NCBI GenBank assembly: GCA_009914755.4 | Contig: CP086569.2 | Span: 62,240,001 to 62,304,000 of the forward strand | DNA length: 64,000 nucleotides | Direction: 5' to 3' | From: the human T2T-CHM13v2.0 reference genome, Homo sapiens | Shown here: positions 1 through 18,273 of the stretch, in pieces | How positions within the stretch are numbered: the first letter of the stretch is position 1 | Layout of the letters: each line of letters starts with the position of its first letter | Translations under genes and position numbers: made by a program | The notes under the pieces: generated by a model | Database searches by the model: none | Told to the model about the DNA's origin: nothing | The model's input: the letters and a program-made list of their open reading frames with translations, nothing else

Positions 1-259
<259 letters not shown>

Positions 260-261
260 CT

Positions 262-1820
<1,559 letters not shown>

Positions 1821-2249
1821 TAAAATCCATTTTTAATGTTAAGTGATAAAAAGTCCACTGCTTTTCTTGCTACACCAGAAATTGAAAACACAAGTTATTT
1901 CCAGAGGTCAAACAGGTAAAATAACTGTAAGTTTTCCAGGTATAAGAAAATAGGGAATGGTAAAGACTGTGTTTGAATTATAGTGTGTGTCCTAACCGAA
2001 GACATTCAAAACCAATTAAAAACAAAGAAGCAAGACTGTGTGTACACACACACATGCACACACACACACTCTGAAGCCCCCCACACTGTATGTTGTTTTT
2101 AGATTATTTTATGTAATCATATAACTTCAACTACCATGTGAATTTTCTTTTAATGACTGCTACCCAGATCTTACCTTGAAGTTCAAACGTATTATCCTCA
2201 CATGCCTTCTGGATATCTCCAACTATATTTTTCATTGGTATTTAAAAGC

Positions 2250-4192
2250 TTAACATGACCAAAAATGAAGTAAACTGTATGGCCATCTTTTGGGCCTGAG
2301 AAACAGTCCCATAGGCTATGCCCAGTCTGAGGCTGGTAAGCAACCATGGGTTCATGCCCCCAGCTGGAGAAACAACCCTGTAGCTCCATCCCCAGGGAGT
2401 CAGACTCTAAGTTGGCTGACCCGCCATGTGCACACCTCACCACTGACCTGAGAAACAGCCTGATGAGCTGTTTCTAAAAAAGCAAAGCCACACCAGTACT
2501 GCCAGTACAAACTCTCTTAGCCTAGACCAATGAGACCCTTGCAAACATCACCGGTGTGGATTACAGCTAAAGAAACTACATGGAGACTATATTACTGCAT
2601 CCACCCAGAACCAACCCAACACACCCCACTGACCTGATCTATATGAATAAGATTATATCTTATTCAAGACCTCAAGACTCATCTATATGAATATATCTTT
2701 CCCTACAAAACCTACTCCATAAAATTGGAAGAGGTGACTTTTCCACCAGATGTGTACAAATTGACATAGGGACACATCAAACATGAAAAAGCATAGAAAC
2801 ATGACACCTCCAAGGGAACATAATAATTCTCCAGTAACAGACCCCAATCATAAGGAAATATATAAAATGTGAGAAAAAAATTCAAAATAATAATCTTAAG
2901 AAACCTCAATGAGATATAAGAGAATACAGGTAGACAATACAAAAAATCAGGAAAATAATTCATGTCTTGAATGACAAATTCAACACAGCGATAGATATCA
3001 TAAAAATGAACAAAACAGAAATCCCAGAGGTGAAGAATTCAATGAATAAAATTTAAAAAAAAGACAATTGAGGGCTTCAACAACAGATAAGACCAAGCAG
3101 AAGAAAGGAGTTCAGAGGAACTTCTGAACTTAAAGACAGGTGTTTTCAAATAACAGAGGTAGACAAAAAAAAAAGAGAATAAAGAAAGCATACAGAATGT
3201 ATGGGACAGTATTAAGCAAACAAATATTCAAATTATTGACATTCCATAAAAAGAAGGGGGGGGAAAAGGTGTATAAATATGTTTCATGAAATAATAGCTG
3301 AAAACTTCACAAGCCTTGGGAGATGGCCATCCTGAACCAGGAAACTCAAAGGTTGCCAAACAGATTAAACCTAAACAGATTCTCTGCAAGCCACATAATG
3401 TTCAAATTGTTGAAAGTTAAAGACAAAACAATAATTCTAAAAACAGCAAGAGAAGAACATCAAGTCACATATAAAGGAACCCTCATTAGACTAATAGTGG
3501 CTTTCTCAGCAAAAAATCTTACAGGCCAGAAGAGGATAGGATGATATTTTCAAAATACTGGAAAAAGAAACCGCCAGGAAAGAATAATATACACGGAAAA
3601 GCTATCCTTCAGAAATGAAGAAGAAATAAAATCTTTGATAAACAAAAATTAAAGGAACACATCAACACTAGACCAGTATTAAAAGAAATGCTCAAGGGAA
3701 TCTGACTTCTAGAAATCAAAAGACCATAACCACCATTATGAAAACATGCAAAACTGCAAAACTCACTAGTAGAGATGACACACAGAGAAAACAATCAAAC
3801 TTTATAACTACAGAAAACCACCCAACCACAAAAATAAACAATAAGAGAAGTAAAGAACAAAGGATATACAAAACAACCAGAAAAAAAATCAATAAAATAA
3901 CATAAGTCCTCATCTACCAATAATAACCTTGGATGTAAATGGATTAAATTCCCCACTTAAAAGATATAGACTGGCTGAAGGAATTTTTTAAAGACCCACC
4001 TGGATGCTACCTAAAAGAAACTCTCACCACCAGGAAGACACAGACTAAATGGGAAGAGTTGAAAAAATATATTTTAAACAGCTTGAGAAGGCAGAACAAG
4101 ATAGCCAAATATAACCCTCCAGCAATCATCCTCCTACCGGAAAACCAAATTAAATGACTATCCATGCAAGAAAGCATCTTCATAAGAACCAA
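2250..4192 (+). mobile_element. LINE-1 fragment (5'UTR-like, ORF1 remnant, ORF2 start); outer element of a nested L1 pair
   Basis: ORF 3323-3544 translates to the L1 ORF1p C-terminal domain (..KLLKVKDKTIILKTAREEHQVTYKGTLIRL..); 3900-4090 encodes the ORF2 N-terminus (LDVNGLNSPLKRYRLAEG..); the body resumes at 11366. Confidence 0.6.
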
Positions 4193-5538
4193 AAATCAGG
4201 TGAGCAATTATAGTACCTGGTTTTAAAATAATATCAAGAAAAGAGGCACTGCAAAAGATATAAAATACAGTCTTACATTGCCTACACCACCCCTTCTCCA
4301 TCCCCCAGCAGCACACGAAGAGAGAATTTGTGTGCTTGGGGAAGCAAGAAAGAAGTGATTGTGGCACTGAGTTCCCACACTGAGTTCCAATGCTGCCCTG
4401 TTACAGCAGAACACAACACAGAGCAGAATCCTTCCAGTGCCCATGGAGGGAGCATTTAAACTAGCCCCAGCCAAAAGGGAATTCTCTGCCCCAGTGATAA
4501 AAACCCAAGTTTTGGCTAGCTCCACTGCTGGCCAATTAAAGTACCCTTTGCTCCTCAATAGGTTTAAAAGGCAGTCAGGCTACAAGAACTGCAGCCCTTG
4601 AGCAATTTCAGGTGCTGCACTGTGCTCAGAGCCAGTGAAATGGGAGTGCATATGAACCAGTGAGACATTAGCTGTGGCAGCCAAGGGAGTGCTTGTGTCA
4701 ACCCTCCCCCAACTCCAGGCAGTGCAACTCAGGGAGTGACTCCTGCTTCCATAAGGAGAGGGAAGAGCACAGAGGACTTTGTCTTGCAACATGGGTACCA
4801 GGAAAGCCACAGTTAAATAAAGCACAGAACAGATTCCTGAAGCCCCTGATTCCAGGCCCTAGTTCCTGGATAGCATTTCTAGACCCACCCTGGGCCAGAA
4901 GGGAACCTACTGCACTGAAGAGAAAGACCCAGTCCTGGCAGGATTCACCACCTGTGGAATAATGAGCCCTTGGGCCTTGAATAAACATCAGTGTTAGACA
5001 GGCAGTATCATCATGGTCCTTGGGCGAGACCCAGTACTATGTTGACTTCAGGTGTGATCCAGTGCGGTCTCAGCTGTGGTGGCCAGAGTATTGCTTGCAT
5101 CACCCTTTCCCCAACTCCAGGCATACCAGCATGGAGAGAGAGAGAGAGACTCCTTCTGTTGGGGGAAAGTGAAGGAAGAGAACTAGAGACTGCCTGGAGA
5201 ATTCTCCTGGATCTCGTCCAAGTGCACCAAGGCAGTAAGAGCCTGCAAAAGTTGCAGCATTGCTGGGGTTAGGGAGCCCCCTAGTGCAGATATGGTTGCA
5301 ATGACCAAAGACTTAGATCACAACCCTTTGAATTCCTGGAAAGCCTTGTCAAGAAGGACAAGTACATACAAGCCCAGACTGTGAAGACTAGAATAAATAC
5401 CTAATTGATGAATATTCACAAGCATCAAGAACATGTAGGAAAACATGACCTCACCAAACAAACTAAATAAGGCACCAGTGACAAATCCCAGAATAACAGA
5501 GCTATGTGACATTTCAGCAAAGGATTCAAAATAGCTGC

Positions 5539-5838
5539 TTTTTTTGGCAGGGGAGGGGGGGTGTATTGCTCTGCCGCCTAGGCTGGAGTACAGTGGTGTG
5601 ATAATAGTTCACTGTAGTCTCGAACTCCTGGGCTCAAATGATCCTCCCACCTCACCCTCCCGAGTAGCTGAGACTAGAGGTACACACCACCATGCCTGGC
5701 TAACATTTTTTAAAAATTTTGTAGACATAGGGTCTTGCTATGTTGCCCAGACTGGCCTCAAACTCCAGTTCTCAGGCAACCTTCCCATCTTGGCCTCCCA
5801 TAGTACTGGGATTATAAGCATGAGTCACTGCATCCGGC
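5539..5838 (-). mobile_element. Alu SINE (minus strand) inserted in the L1 5' region
   Basis: Poly-T then reverse-complement Alu ('GCCTAGGCTGGAGTACAGTGG'...'GGGATTATAAGCATGAGTCACTGCATCCGGC'); short flanking repeat TCAAAATA. Confidence 0.9.
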
Positions 5839-7111
5839 TCAAAATAACTGTTTTGAGGAAATTCAACAAATTTCAAGATAACACAGAGAAGGAATTCAGA
5901 ATCCTATCAAAGAAATTTAACAAAGAGATTGAAATAATTTTTGAAAATCAAGCAAAAGTTCTAGAGCAGAAATATTCAATTGACACACTGAAAAATGCAC
6001 CAGAGTCTCTCCACAGCAGAATTGATCAAGCAGAAGAAAGAATTAGTAAGGTCAAACAGAGGCTATAAGAAAACACAGAGAAGAAAAAAAAACAATAAAA
6101 AAAGTGAAGCATGGCTACAAGATGTAGAAAATAGCCTCAAAAGGGCAAATTTAAGATATACTTGTCTTAGAGAGGAGGTAGAGAGAGAAACTGGGGTAAA
6201 AAGTTAATTCAAAGAAATAATAACAAAGAGCATTCCAAACCTAGAGAAAGATATCAGTGTTCATGTACAAGAAGGTCACATAAAACCAGGCAGGGTTAAA
6301 CTAAATGAGACAACCTCTAGGCATTTAGTAATTAAGCTCCCAAAGGTCAAAGATGAAAACATAATCCTAAAAGCAACAATAGAAAAGAAACAAATATAGC
6401 ATAAAGAAGTAGCAATATGTCTGGCAGCAGATGTCTCAGTGGAAACCTTGCAGGCTACAAGAGACTGCTATGACATATTCAAAGTGCTGAAGGAAAAAAA
6501 CTTTTATCCTAGAATATTATATCCAGCAAAAATATCCTTCAAACATAAAGGAGAAATGAAGACTTTCTTGGACCAAAAAAAAACTAAGGGAATTCATCAA
6601 GTACACACATGAGCTACAAAAAAAAATGCTAAAGAGAGTTCTTCAATCTTAAAGAAAAGGATCCTAATAAGCAATAAGAAGTCATATGAACATACAAAAC
6701 TCACCGGTAGTAGTAAGTACGCAGACAAATATAGAATAATCTAACACTGTAATGGTGTGTAAACCACTCACATCTTGAGTAGGAAGACTAAAAGACAAAC
6801 CTATAAAAATAATAACTACAACAATGTTTTAAGAGATAGTATTAAAAGTCATAACTATAAACAACAAAAATTAAAAATCTGGGAGGGGATGGTGTTAAAG
6901 TGTATAGTTTTTATTAGTGTTCACTTTCCTTCTTTGTTTATTTGTTGTGCTTTTCTGTAATCACAGTTTAGTTGTCATCAGTTTAAAATGATTGGTTATA
7001 AGATGTTATTTCAAGACTCATGGTACCTCAAACCAAAAAATCTACAGATACACAATAAATAAAAAGCAAGAAATTAAAACCTACTACCAGAGAAAATCTC
7101 TTTTACACAAA

Positions 7112-7310
7112 GAAGGAAGGAAGGAAGAAAGGAGGAGGAGAAGCAGAAGAAGGAGAAGGAGAAGGGGAAGGGGAAGGAGAAGGAGAAGGGGAAGGGGAAG
7201 GAGAAGGAGAAGGGGAAGGAGAACGAGGGGAAGGGGAAGAGGAAGGGGAAAAGAGAGGGAGGGAGGGAGGGGATGGAGGGAGGGGGAGAGGGAGAGAGGA
7301 ACACTAAACA
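7112..7310 (+). repeat. GA-rich simple repeat (GGAGAA/GGGGAA/GGGA)n, ~200 bp, in the L1 inter-ORF region
   Basis: Continuous purine-only tract; explains the Arg/Gly-rich and Pro/Leu/Ser-rich six-frame ORFs 6992-7390 and 7074-7412. Confidence 0.9.
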
Positions 7311-9138
7311 GCCAGAAAACAAAAAACAAAATAGCAATAGTAAGTCTTTGCCTATCAATAACATTGAATGTAAATGAACTAAAATCTTGAATGAATTTTT
7401 TAAAAGACCCAACTATATGGTACCTACAAGAAACTCATTTTACCTGTATAGATACACACAGACTGAAAATAAAGGGCTGGAAAAAGATATTCTATGAAAA
7501 TAAAAACCAAAAAAGGAGCACAAATACCTATACTTTTTATCAGATAAAATAGATTTCAAGACAAAAACTATAAAAACAGACTAAAAAGGTCATTATATAA
7601 TGATAAACAGGTCACTTCAGCAAGAGAATATAATAACTGTAAATATATATATGCACCCAACACTGGAGCACTCAGACACAGAAAGCAAATTTTATTAGAG
7701 TTTTAAGAGAGAGATAGACTCCTCCAATACAATAATAGCTGGAGACCTTAACACACAGCTTTCAGCATTGGGCAGATCATCCAGATAGAAAATCAGCAAA
7801 GAAATATTGAACTTAATCTGCATAATAAATCAAAAGGATCTCATAAATCTTTACACAACGTTTTATCCAAGAGCTGCAGAATACACTTTCTTCTGAGAAC
7901 ATGGATCATTCTCAAGGACAGACCTATGTTAAGCCACAAAACAAGTCTTAAAAACCTCAGTAAAACTAAGATAGTATCAAGTATCTGACCACAATAAAAT
8001 AAAACTAGACATCAATAACAAGAACTTTAGGAACCATGCAAACACATGGAAATAAAACAATATGCTCTTAAATTACCAGTGGGTCAATGAAGAAGTTAGT
8101 AATGAAATTTTAAAATGTATTGAAGCAAATGAAAATGCAAACATAACAAACCAAAATCTATGGGACACAGAGAAAGCAGTACTAAAAGGAAAGTTTATAG
8201 CAATAAGTCCTACATCAAATAAGTAGAAAAACGACAAATAGCCAATTTTAAAATGCATCTTAAAGAATTATAAAAGCAAGAGCAAATCATATGCAAAATA
8301 TGTAGAAGAAAGGAAATCATAATAATCAGAGCAAAAATAAATGAAATTGAAACCAAAAAGCAATACAAAAGATCAACAAAACAAAAAGCTGGCTTTTTTA
8401 CAAAAATAAACAAAATTGACAAAACTTTAGCCAGATTAAGGAAAAGAGATAAGATTCAAATAAATAAAATAAGAAATTAAAAAGGAGACATTATAACTTA
8501 TACTGTAGTAATTCAAAGGATCATTAGAGACTATTTTGAGCAATTATATGCCAATAAATTGAAAAACCTAGAAGAAATTGATAAATTCCTACACACATAC
8601 AACCTAGCAAGATGGAACCATGAAGAAATCCAGAACCTGAATAGACCAATAACAAGTAATGACATCAAAGCCATAATAAAACATCTCTCATCAAAGAAAA
8701 GCTCAGGATCCAATGGCTTAACTGTTGGATTCTACCAAACATTTAAAGAAGAACTAACACCAAACATAATCAAACTATTCCAAAAAATTGAGGAGGAGAG
8801 ATTACTTTCAAACTCATGCTATGAGGCCGGTATTACCCTGATACCAAAACTAAAGACACAACCAATAAAGAAAACTACAGGCCAGTATATCTCTGATGAA
8901 CACAGATGCACATGTCCTCAACAAAATCCTAGTAAAACAAATTCAACAACACATTAAAAAGATTATTCACTATAACAAAGTGGGATCAACCCAGGGGTAA
9001 AGAATGGTTCCACATATGCAAATCAATCAGTGTGATACATTATATCAACAGAATGAAGAACAAAAACCATATGATCTTTTCAACTGATGCTGAAAAAGTA
9101 TTTGATAAAATTCAACATCCCTTCATGATAAAAACTCT

Positions 9139-9389
<251 letters not shown>

Positions 9390-11365
9390 TTAACTGTAAA
9401 TGATATACAAAAGAAATCAAGAAAATAATCCCATCTATAATAGCTATAAATAAAATAAGATAAAATACCTAGGGATATACTTAACCAAAGAAGTGAAGGA
9501 AATCTACAATTAAAACTATAAAACATTGATAAAAGAAATTGAAGAGAACAAAAATTGTAATATATCCCATGCTCATAGATTAGAAAAATCAATATTGTTA
9601 AAATGTCCATACTACCCAAAGCAATCTACAAATTCAAGGCAATCCCTATGAAAATACCAACGACATTCTTCACAGAAATAGAAAAAAAATTCTAAAATTT
9701 ATATGGAGCCACAAAAGACCTAGACTAGCCAAAATCATCCTAAGGAAAAAGAGCAAAACTGGAGAAATCACATTACCAGACTTCAAATTATACTACAGAG
9801 ATTTAGTTACCAAAACAACATGGTGCTGGCATAAAAGCAGATACATAGACCAATGGAACAGAATGCAGAACCCAGAACTTAATCCACACATTTACAGTAA
9901 ACTCCGTTTTAACAAAAGTGTCAAGAACATATATTGGGGGAAAGACAGTCTCTTGAACAAATGGTGCTGGGAAAACTAGATATCTCTATGTAGAAGAAAG
10001 AAACTAGACCCTTATCTTTTGCCACGTATAAAAATCAAATCAAAATGGACTAAAGACTTAAATCTAAGCCCTGCAATTATGAAACTAGTAAAAGAAAACA
10101 TTGAGGAAACCTACCAGGACATAGATCTGGGCAAAGATTTCTTGAGTAATACCTTAGAAGCACAGGCAACCAAAGCAAAAATAGACAAGTGGGATTACAT
10201 CAAGCGAAAATGCTTCTTCACAGCCAAGGAAACAGTCAACAAAGTGAAGAGAAACCCACAGAATGGGAGAAAGTATTTGCAAGTAACCTATCTGACAAAG
10301 GAGTAATAACTAGACTACATAAAGAGCTCAAACAACTCAATAGCAAAAAATCTAATAATCCAGCTTCAAAATGGGCAAACGATCTGAATAGACAAGTCTC
10401 AAAAGAAGGTATACAAATGGCTAAGAAGTATATGAAAAAAATGCTCAATTTCGTCAATAATCAGAGAAATCCTAATCAAAACCACAATGAGATATCATCT
10501 CACCCAGTTAAAATGTCTTTTTTCCAAAAGACAGGCAGTAACAAATGTTGGCAAGGATGTGAAGAAAGTGAAACCCACATACACTGTTGGCAGGGATGTA
10601 AATTAGGACAGCCACTATTGAGAACAATATGGAGGTTTCTCAGAAAAACTTAAAATAGAACTACCATATGATACAGCATTTCCACTGCTAAGTATATATC
10701 TAAAAAGAGGTAATCAGGATATTGAAGAGATATCTACACTCCCATATTCATTGCAGCCCTATTCGCAATAGGTAAGATTTGGAATCAACCTAAGTGTACA
10801 TATATGAATAAAATGGACAAAGAAAGTGTAGTACATATATGCAAAATAGAATATTATTCAGCTGTGAAAAAGAATAAAATCCTGTCATTTGCAACAACAT
10901 GTATGGAACTGGAAGACATTATGTTAAGTGAAATAAGCCAGGCACAGAAAGACTAATTTCACAAGTTCTCACTCACATGTAGCTAAAAATTAAAACAATT
11001 GAACTCGTAGACACAGAGAGTAGAATAATGATTATCAGAGGCTGGGAAGGGTAGTGGAGGGGAAATGAGGATGGTTAATGGGTGCACAAAAATAGATAGA
11101 ATGAATAACATCTAACATTTGATAGCTCAACAGGGTGATTATAGTCAAAAATAATTTACTCTGTATTTTAAAATAATAAAAAGAGTGAGATTGGAATGTT
11201 CCTAACACAAATAAATGATCAGTGCTTCGGGTGATGGATATTCCAACTACCCTGGTATGATTATTATACATTATATGCCTATTTCAGAACGTCACATGTA
11301 CCCCATGAATATTTATGTCTATTATACCAAAAATAACTAAAATGTAAACATTTTAATAAAAAAGA

Positions 11366-12787
11366 TATTTCACATAAATGAAAATGAAAAGCAAGCAGTA
11401 GTAGCTATACTTTTATCAGACAAGTAAATATCAAGTCAAAGATGAAAAAGAGACAAAGAAGAACATTAGATCATAAGCCTATCAATTTAGCAAGAGAATA
11501 TAACAACTAAACATATATGCACCAAACACTGGACCACCCAGATATATAAAGCATACCTTACTAGATCTAAAGGAAGAGATAGATTCCAATATAATAATAC
11601 ACCCCACTCTCAACATTGGACAGATTATCTAGACTGAAAATCAACAAAGAATAATAGGATTTAAACTGGACCATATATCAAATGGACGTAACAAGCATTT
11701 ACAGAGCATTTCTTTCAACAACTGCAGAATTCACATTGTTTTGTTAGCATATGGAACATTCCCCAGGCTTGAAGATATGTTAGGACAAAAAACAAGTATG
11801 AGAAAAAAATTTTTAATCAAAATTATACCAAGTATCTTGTCTGACCACATGTAATAAAATGAAATCAATAACAAGAGGAACATTTGAAAATATACAAACA
11901 CATGGAAATTAAACAACAGGCTCTTGAACAACCAATGGGAGGAGGAAGAAATTAAGAATAAAAATTTAAAATTCCTTGAAACAAATGAAATTAGAAACAC
12001 ATACCAAAACCAATGGACAGCAAAAACAGTTTTAAGATGCACATTTATAGCAATAATAACCTACCTCAAAAAACTAAAAACAACTTAGCAATGTATCTCA
12101 AGGAACAAGAAAATCAAAACAAAAAAACTCAAAATTAGTAAAAGGAAAGAAACAATAAAGATCAGATTATAAATAAACAAAACTGAGACTAAAAAACAAT
12201 ACAAAATATCAACAAAATGAAAAGGTTTTTTTAAAGAGAGAAACAAAATCAACAAAACATTAGCCTGACTAAGAAAAAAAGAGAGAAGACCCAAATAAAT
12301 AACGCATAACACAGAAATACAAAAGATCATCATAGACTACTATGAACTACTACTACGAACTACTACTACTAGGCTAAGAAATAGGAAAACCTAGAAGAAA
12401 ATTGATTGATTATTCTTGGGTACATACAACCTACAAGGATGTGAATCAAGAAGAAATAGAAAACCTGAACAGACCAATAACAAGTTATGAGATTGAATCA
12501 GTAATAAGCCTCTCAACAAAGAAAAATTCAGAAGCGAATGACTTCACCACTGAATTGCACCAAATCTTTAAAGAAGAATTAATACCAATTCTTTCAAAGT
12601 ATTCTAAAAATTGAAATAGAGGACACTCTTTCTAACTCATTCTACAAGGCCAGTGTAACCAAAAACCAGACAAGGACACAGTAAAAACAAAAAACTACAG
12701 GCCAATATCCTCGATGAACATAGATTTTTAAATCCTCCACAGAATACTAATAAACTGAATCCAACAATACATCAAAAAGATAATACA
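11366..12787 (+). mobile_element. LINE-1 ORF2 (EN to early RT) fragment; continuation of the outer L1 that ends at 4192
   Basis: Translation gives L1 EN/RT strings (..NLNRPITSYEIESVISLSTKK.., LTHSTRPV.P..); collinear with ORF2 start at ~3900-4190. Confidence 0.6.
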
Positions 12788-14764
<1,977 letters not shown>

Positions 14765-14765
<1 letters not shown>

Positions 14766-14860
14766 AATGTCACCAGTGAAAGCCTAAACCTCTTTTCTTT
14801 ATAAATTACCCAGTCTCAAGTGTTTCTTTATGGCAATGCAAGAACAGCCTAACACAGTAT
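14765..14860 (+). mobile_element. MaLR LTR 3'-end fragment
   Basis: 'AAACCTCTTTTCTTTATAAATTACCCAGTCTCAAGTGTTTCTTTATGGCAATGCAAGAACAGCCTAACACAG' matches the MST/THE1-class LTR terminus. Confidence 0.45.
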
Positions 14861-15488
14861 TACATAATAATAAAGGATGCAATACAAGAAGAAGATTTAA
14901 CTATTCTAAATATATATGCACCCAGCATTGAGCACCCATATTCATAAAACAAGTTCTTCTTGGCCTATGAAAAGACTTAGACAACCACACAATCATAGTG
15001 GGTTCAACACCCCCCTGACAGTGTTAGACAGATCACCAATGCAGAAAACTAACAAAGAAACTGGACTTAAACTCAACCCTTGACTAATTGGGACTAATAG
15101 ATATCTACAGAACACTCCACCCAATAACCACAGAATATACATTCTTCTCATCTGCACACAGAACGTATTCTAAGATCAACCACATGTTCAGTCATAAAGC
15201 AAGTCTCAATAAATTAAAAAAAATAAAATTGTACCAAGCACACTCTCAGACCACAGTGCAATAAAAATAGAAATCAATATAAAGCAGATCTCTAAAAACT
15301 ACACAAATGCATGAAAATTAAACAACTTGCTCCTGAATGGCTCCTGAGTGAACATCAAAATTAAGGCAAAAAATTCTTTGAAATTAATGAAAATAGGGAC
15401 ATAACTTACCAAAATCTCTGGGATGCGGCTAAAGCTATGCTAAGAGAAAATGTTATAGCCCTAAACGCCTTCATCAAGAAGTTAGGAT

Positions 15489-16252
<764 letters not shown>

Positions 16253-18273
16253 ATCTCAAATTAACAATCTAATTTGATACCTAAAGAAACTAAGACAAAA
16301 AAAGAACAAATAAACCCCAAAGCTAGCAGAAGAAAAGAAATAAATTAGAGAACTTAAACTGAGATGCAAAAATCCATACAAAAAATCAATAAAACAAATA
16401 ATTGGCTCGAAACAATAAATAAGATTGATAGATTGCTAGCTAGATTAATAAAGAAAAAAGAAAATTCACATAAATACAATCAGAAATGACAAAGATGACG
16501 TTACATCTGATCTCACAGAAATACACAAGATCCTCAGAGAATACTATGAACAACTCTATGTACTCAAATTAGAAAATCTAGAGGAAATGGATAAATTCCT
16601 GGAAACACACAGTCTTCCAAGGTTGAATTAGGAAGTTATTAAAACCCTGAATAGACCAATATCAAACTTGGAAATTGAATCAGTAATAAAAACCTATCAA
16701 CCAATAAAAGCCCTGGACCAAATGGATTCACAGCCAAATTCTACCAGATATGTAAAGAAGAACTGGTATCAATACTACTGAAACTGTTCCAAAAAAATAG
16801 AGGAAGAGAGATATCTCCCTAACTCACTCTACGAGGTCAGCATCAGCCTAATACCAAAATCTGGCAGACATGTTGAAGAAAGAAATCTTCAGGCCAACAT
16901 CCCTGATGAAAACAGATGCAAAAATCTTCAACAAAGCACTAGCAAACCAAATTCAGCAGCACATCAAAAAGTTAATTCATCATGATTGATTAGGCTTTGT
17001 TCCTGGGATGCAAGGTTGGCTCAACATATGCAAATCAATAAATGTGATTCACTATGTAAATAGAGTTAAAAGCCAAAGCCATATGATCATCTCAATAGAC
17101 ACAGAAAGTTTTTGATAAAATCCAACATCCCTTCATGATTTAAGAAAAAAAAAACCTCAACAGGCTAGGCATTTAAAAAACATACTTCAAATTAATAAGA
17201 GCCATATATGACAAACCCACAGCCAATATCATGCTAAACAGTCAAAAGCAGGAACTATTCCCCTTGAGAAGTGGAACAAGACAAGGATGTCCACTCTCAC
17301 CACTTCTATTCAACATAGTTCTGAAAATCTTAGCCAGAGCAATTAGGCAAGAGAAAGAAATCAAAGGCATCCAAATAAGAAAAGGAGTCAAATTATCTCT
17401 CTTCACTGACAATATGATTCTATACTTAGAAAACCGTAAAGACTTTGCCAAAAAGCTACTAGAACTGATACATGATTTTAGCAAGGTTTCAGAATACAAA
17501 ATAAATGTGCAAACTCAGTAGCATTTCTATAAACCAATAACGCCCAGGCTGACAGTAAAACCAAAAGCACAATCCCATTTACAACACCCACAAATAAAAT
17601 GAAATACCAAGGAATACAGCTAACCAAGGAGGTGAAAGATCTTTACAAGGAGAACTACAAACCACTGCCGAAATAAATCAGAAATGACACAAATAAGTGT
17701 AAAAACATTCCATGCTCATGGATTGGAAGAATCAATATTGTTAAAATGACCATACTGCCCAAAGCAATTTACAGATTCAACACTATTCCTATCAAACTAT
17801 TGACATCATTATTCACAGAATTAGGGGAAAAAACTATTCTAAAATTTATATGGAACTAAAAAAGAGCATGGATAGCCAAAGCAATCTGAAGCAAAAAGAA
17901 CAGCACACTACCCAACTTTATGCTACAGGGCTACAGTAACCAAAACACCATGGTACTGGCTCAAAAACAGACACATAAAACAATGGATCAGAACAGAAAA
18001 CTCATAAATAAAGCCACACACCTACAACCACCAGATCTTCAAAAAGGCCAACAAAAATAAGCAATGGAGAAAGGGCTCCCTATTAAATAAATGGTGCTGG
18101 GATAACAGGCTATCCATCTACAGAAGAATGAAAACTATACCCTTACTTTTCATCATATTCAAAAAATAACTCAAGGGATTAAAGATTTAAATGTAAGACC
18201 TCAAAGTATAAAAATCCTAGAAAACCTAGGAAATACCCTTCTCAACATCTGCCTTGGCAAAGAATTTATGGCT

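Noticed and set aside
5544-6068. 174-aa ORF spanning 5544-6068
   Set aside because: Chimeric reading through an antisense Alu into the L1 ORF1 coiled-coil region. Not a real gene.
6992-7412. 132-aa Arg/Gly-rich ORF (plus strand) and 112-aa Pro/Ser/Leu-rich ORF (minus strand)
   Set aside because: Both are read straight through the (GGAGAA/GGGGAA)n simple repeat at 7112-7310. Low-complexity translation of a microsatellite.
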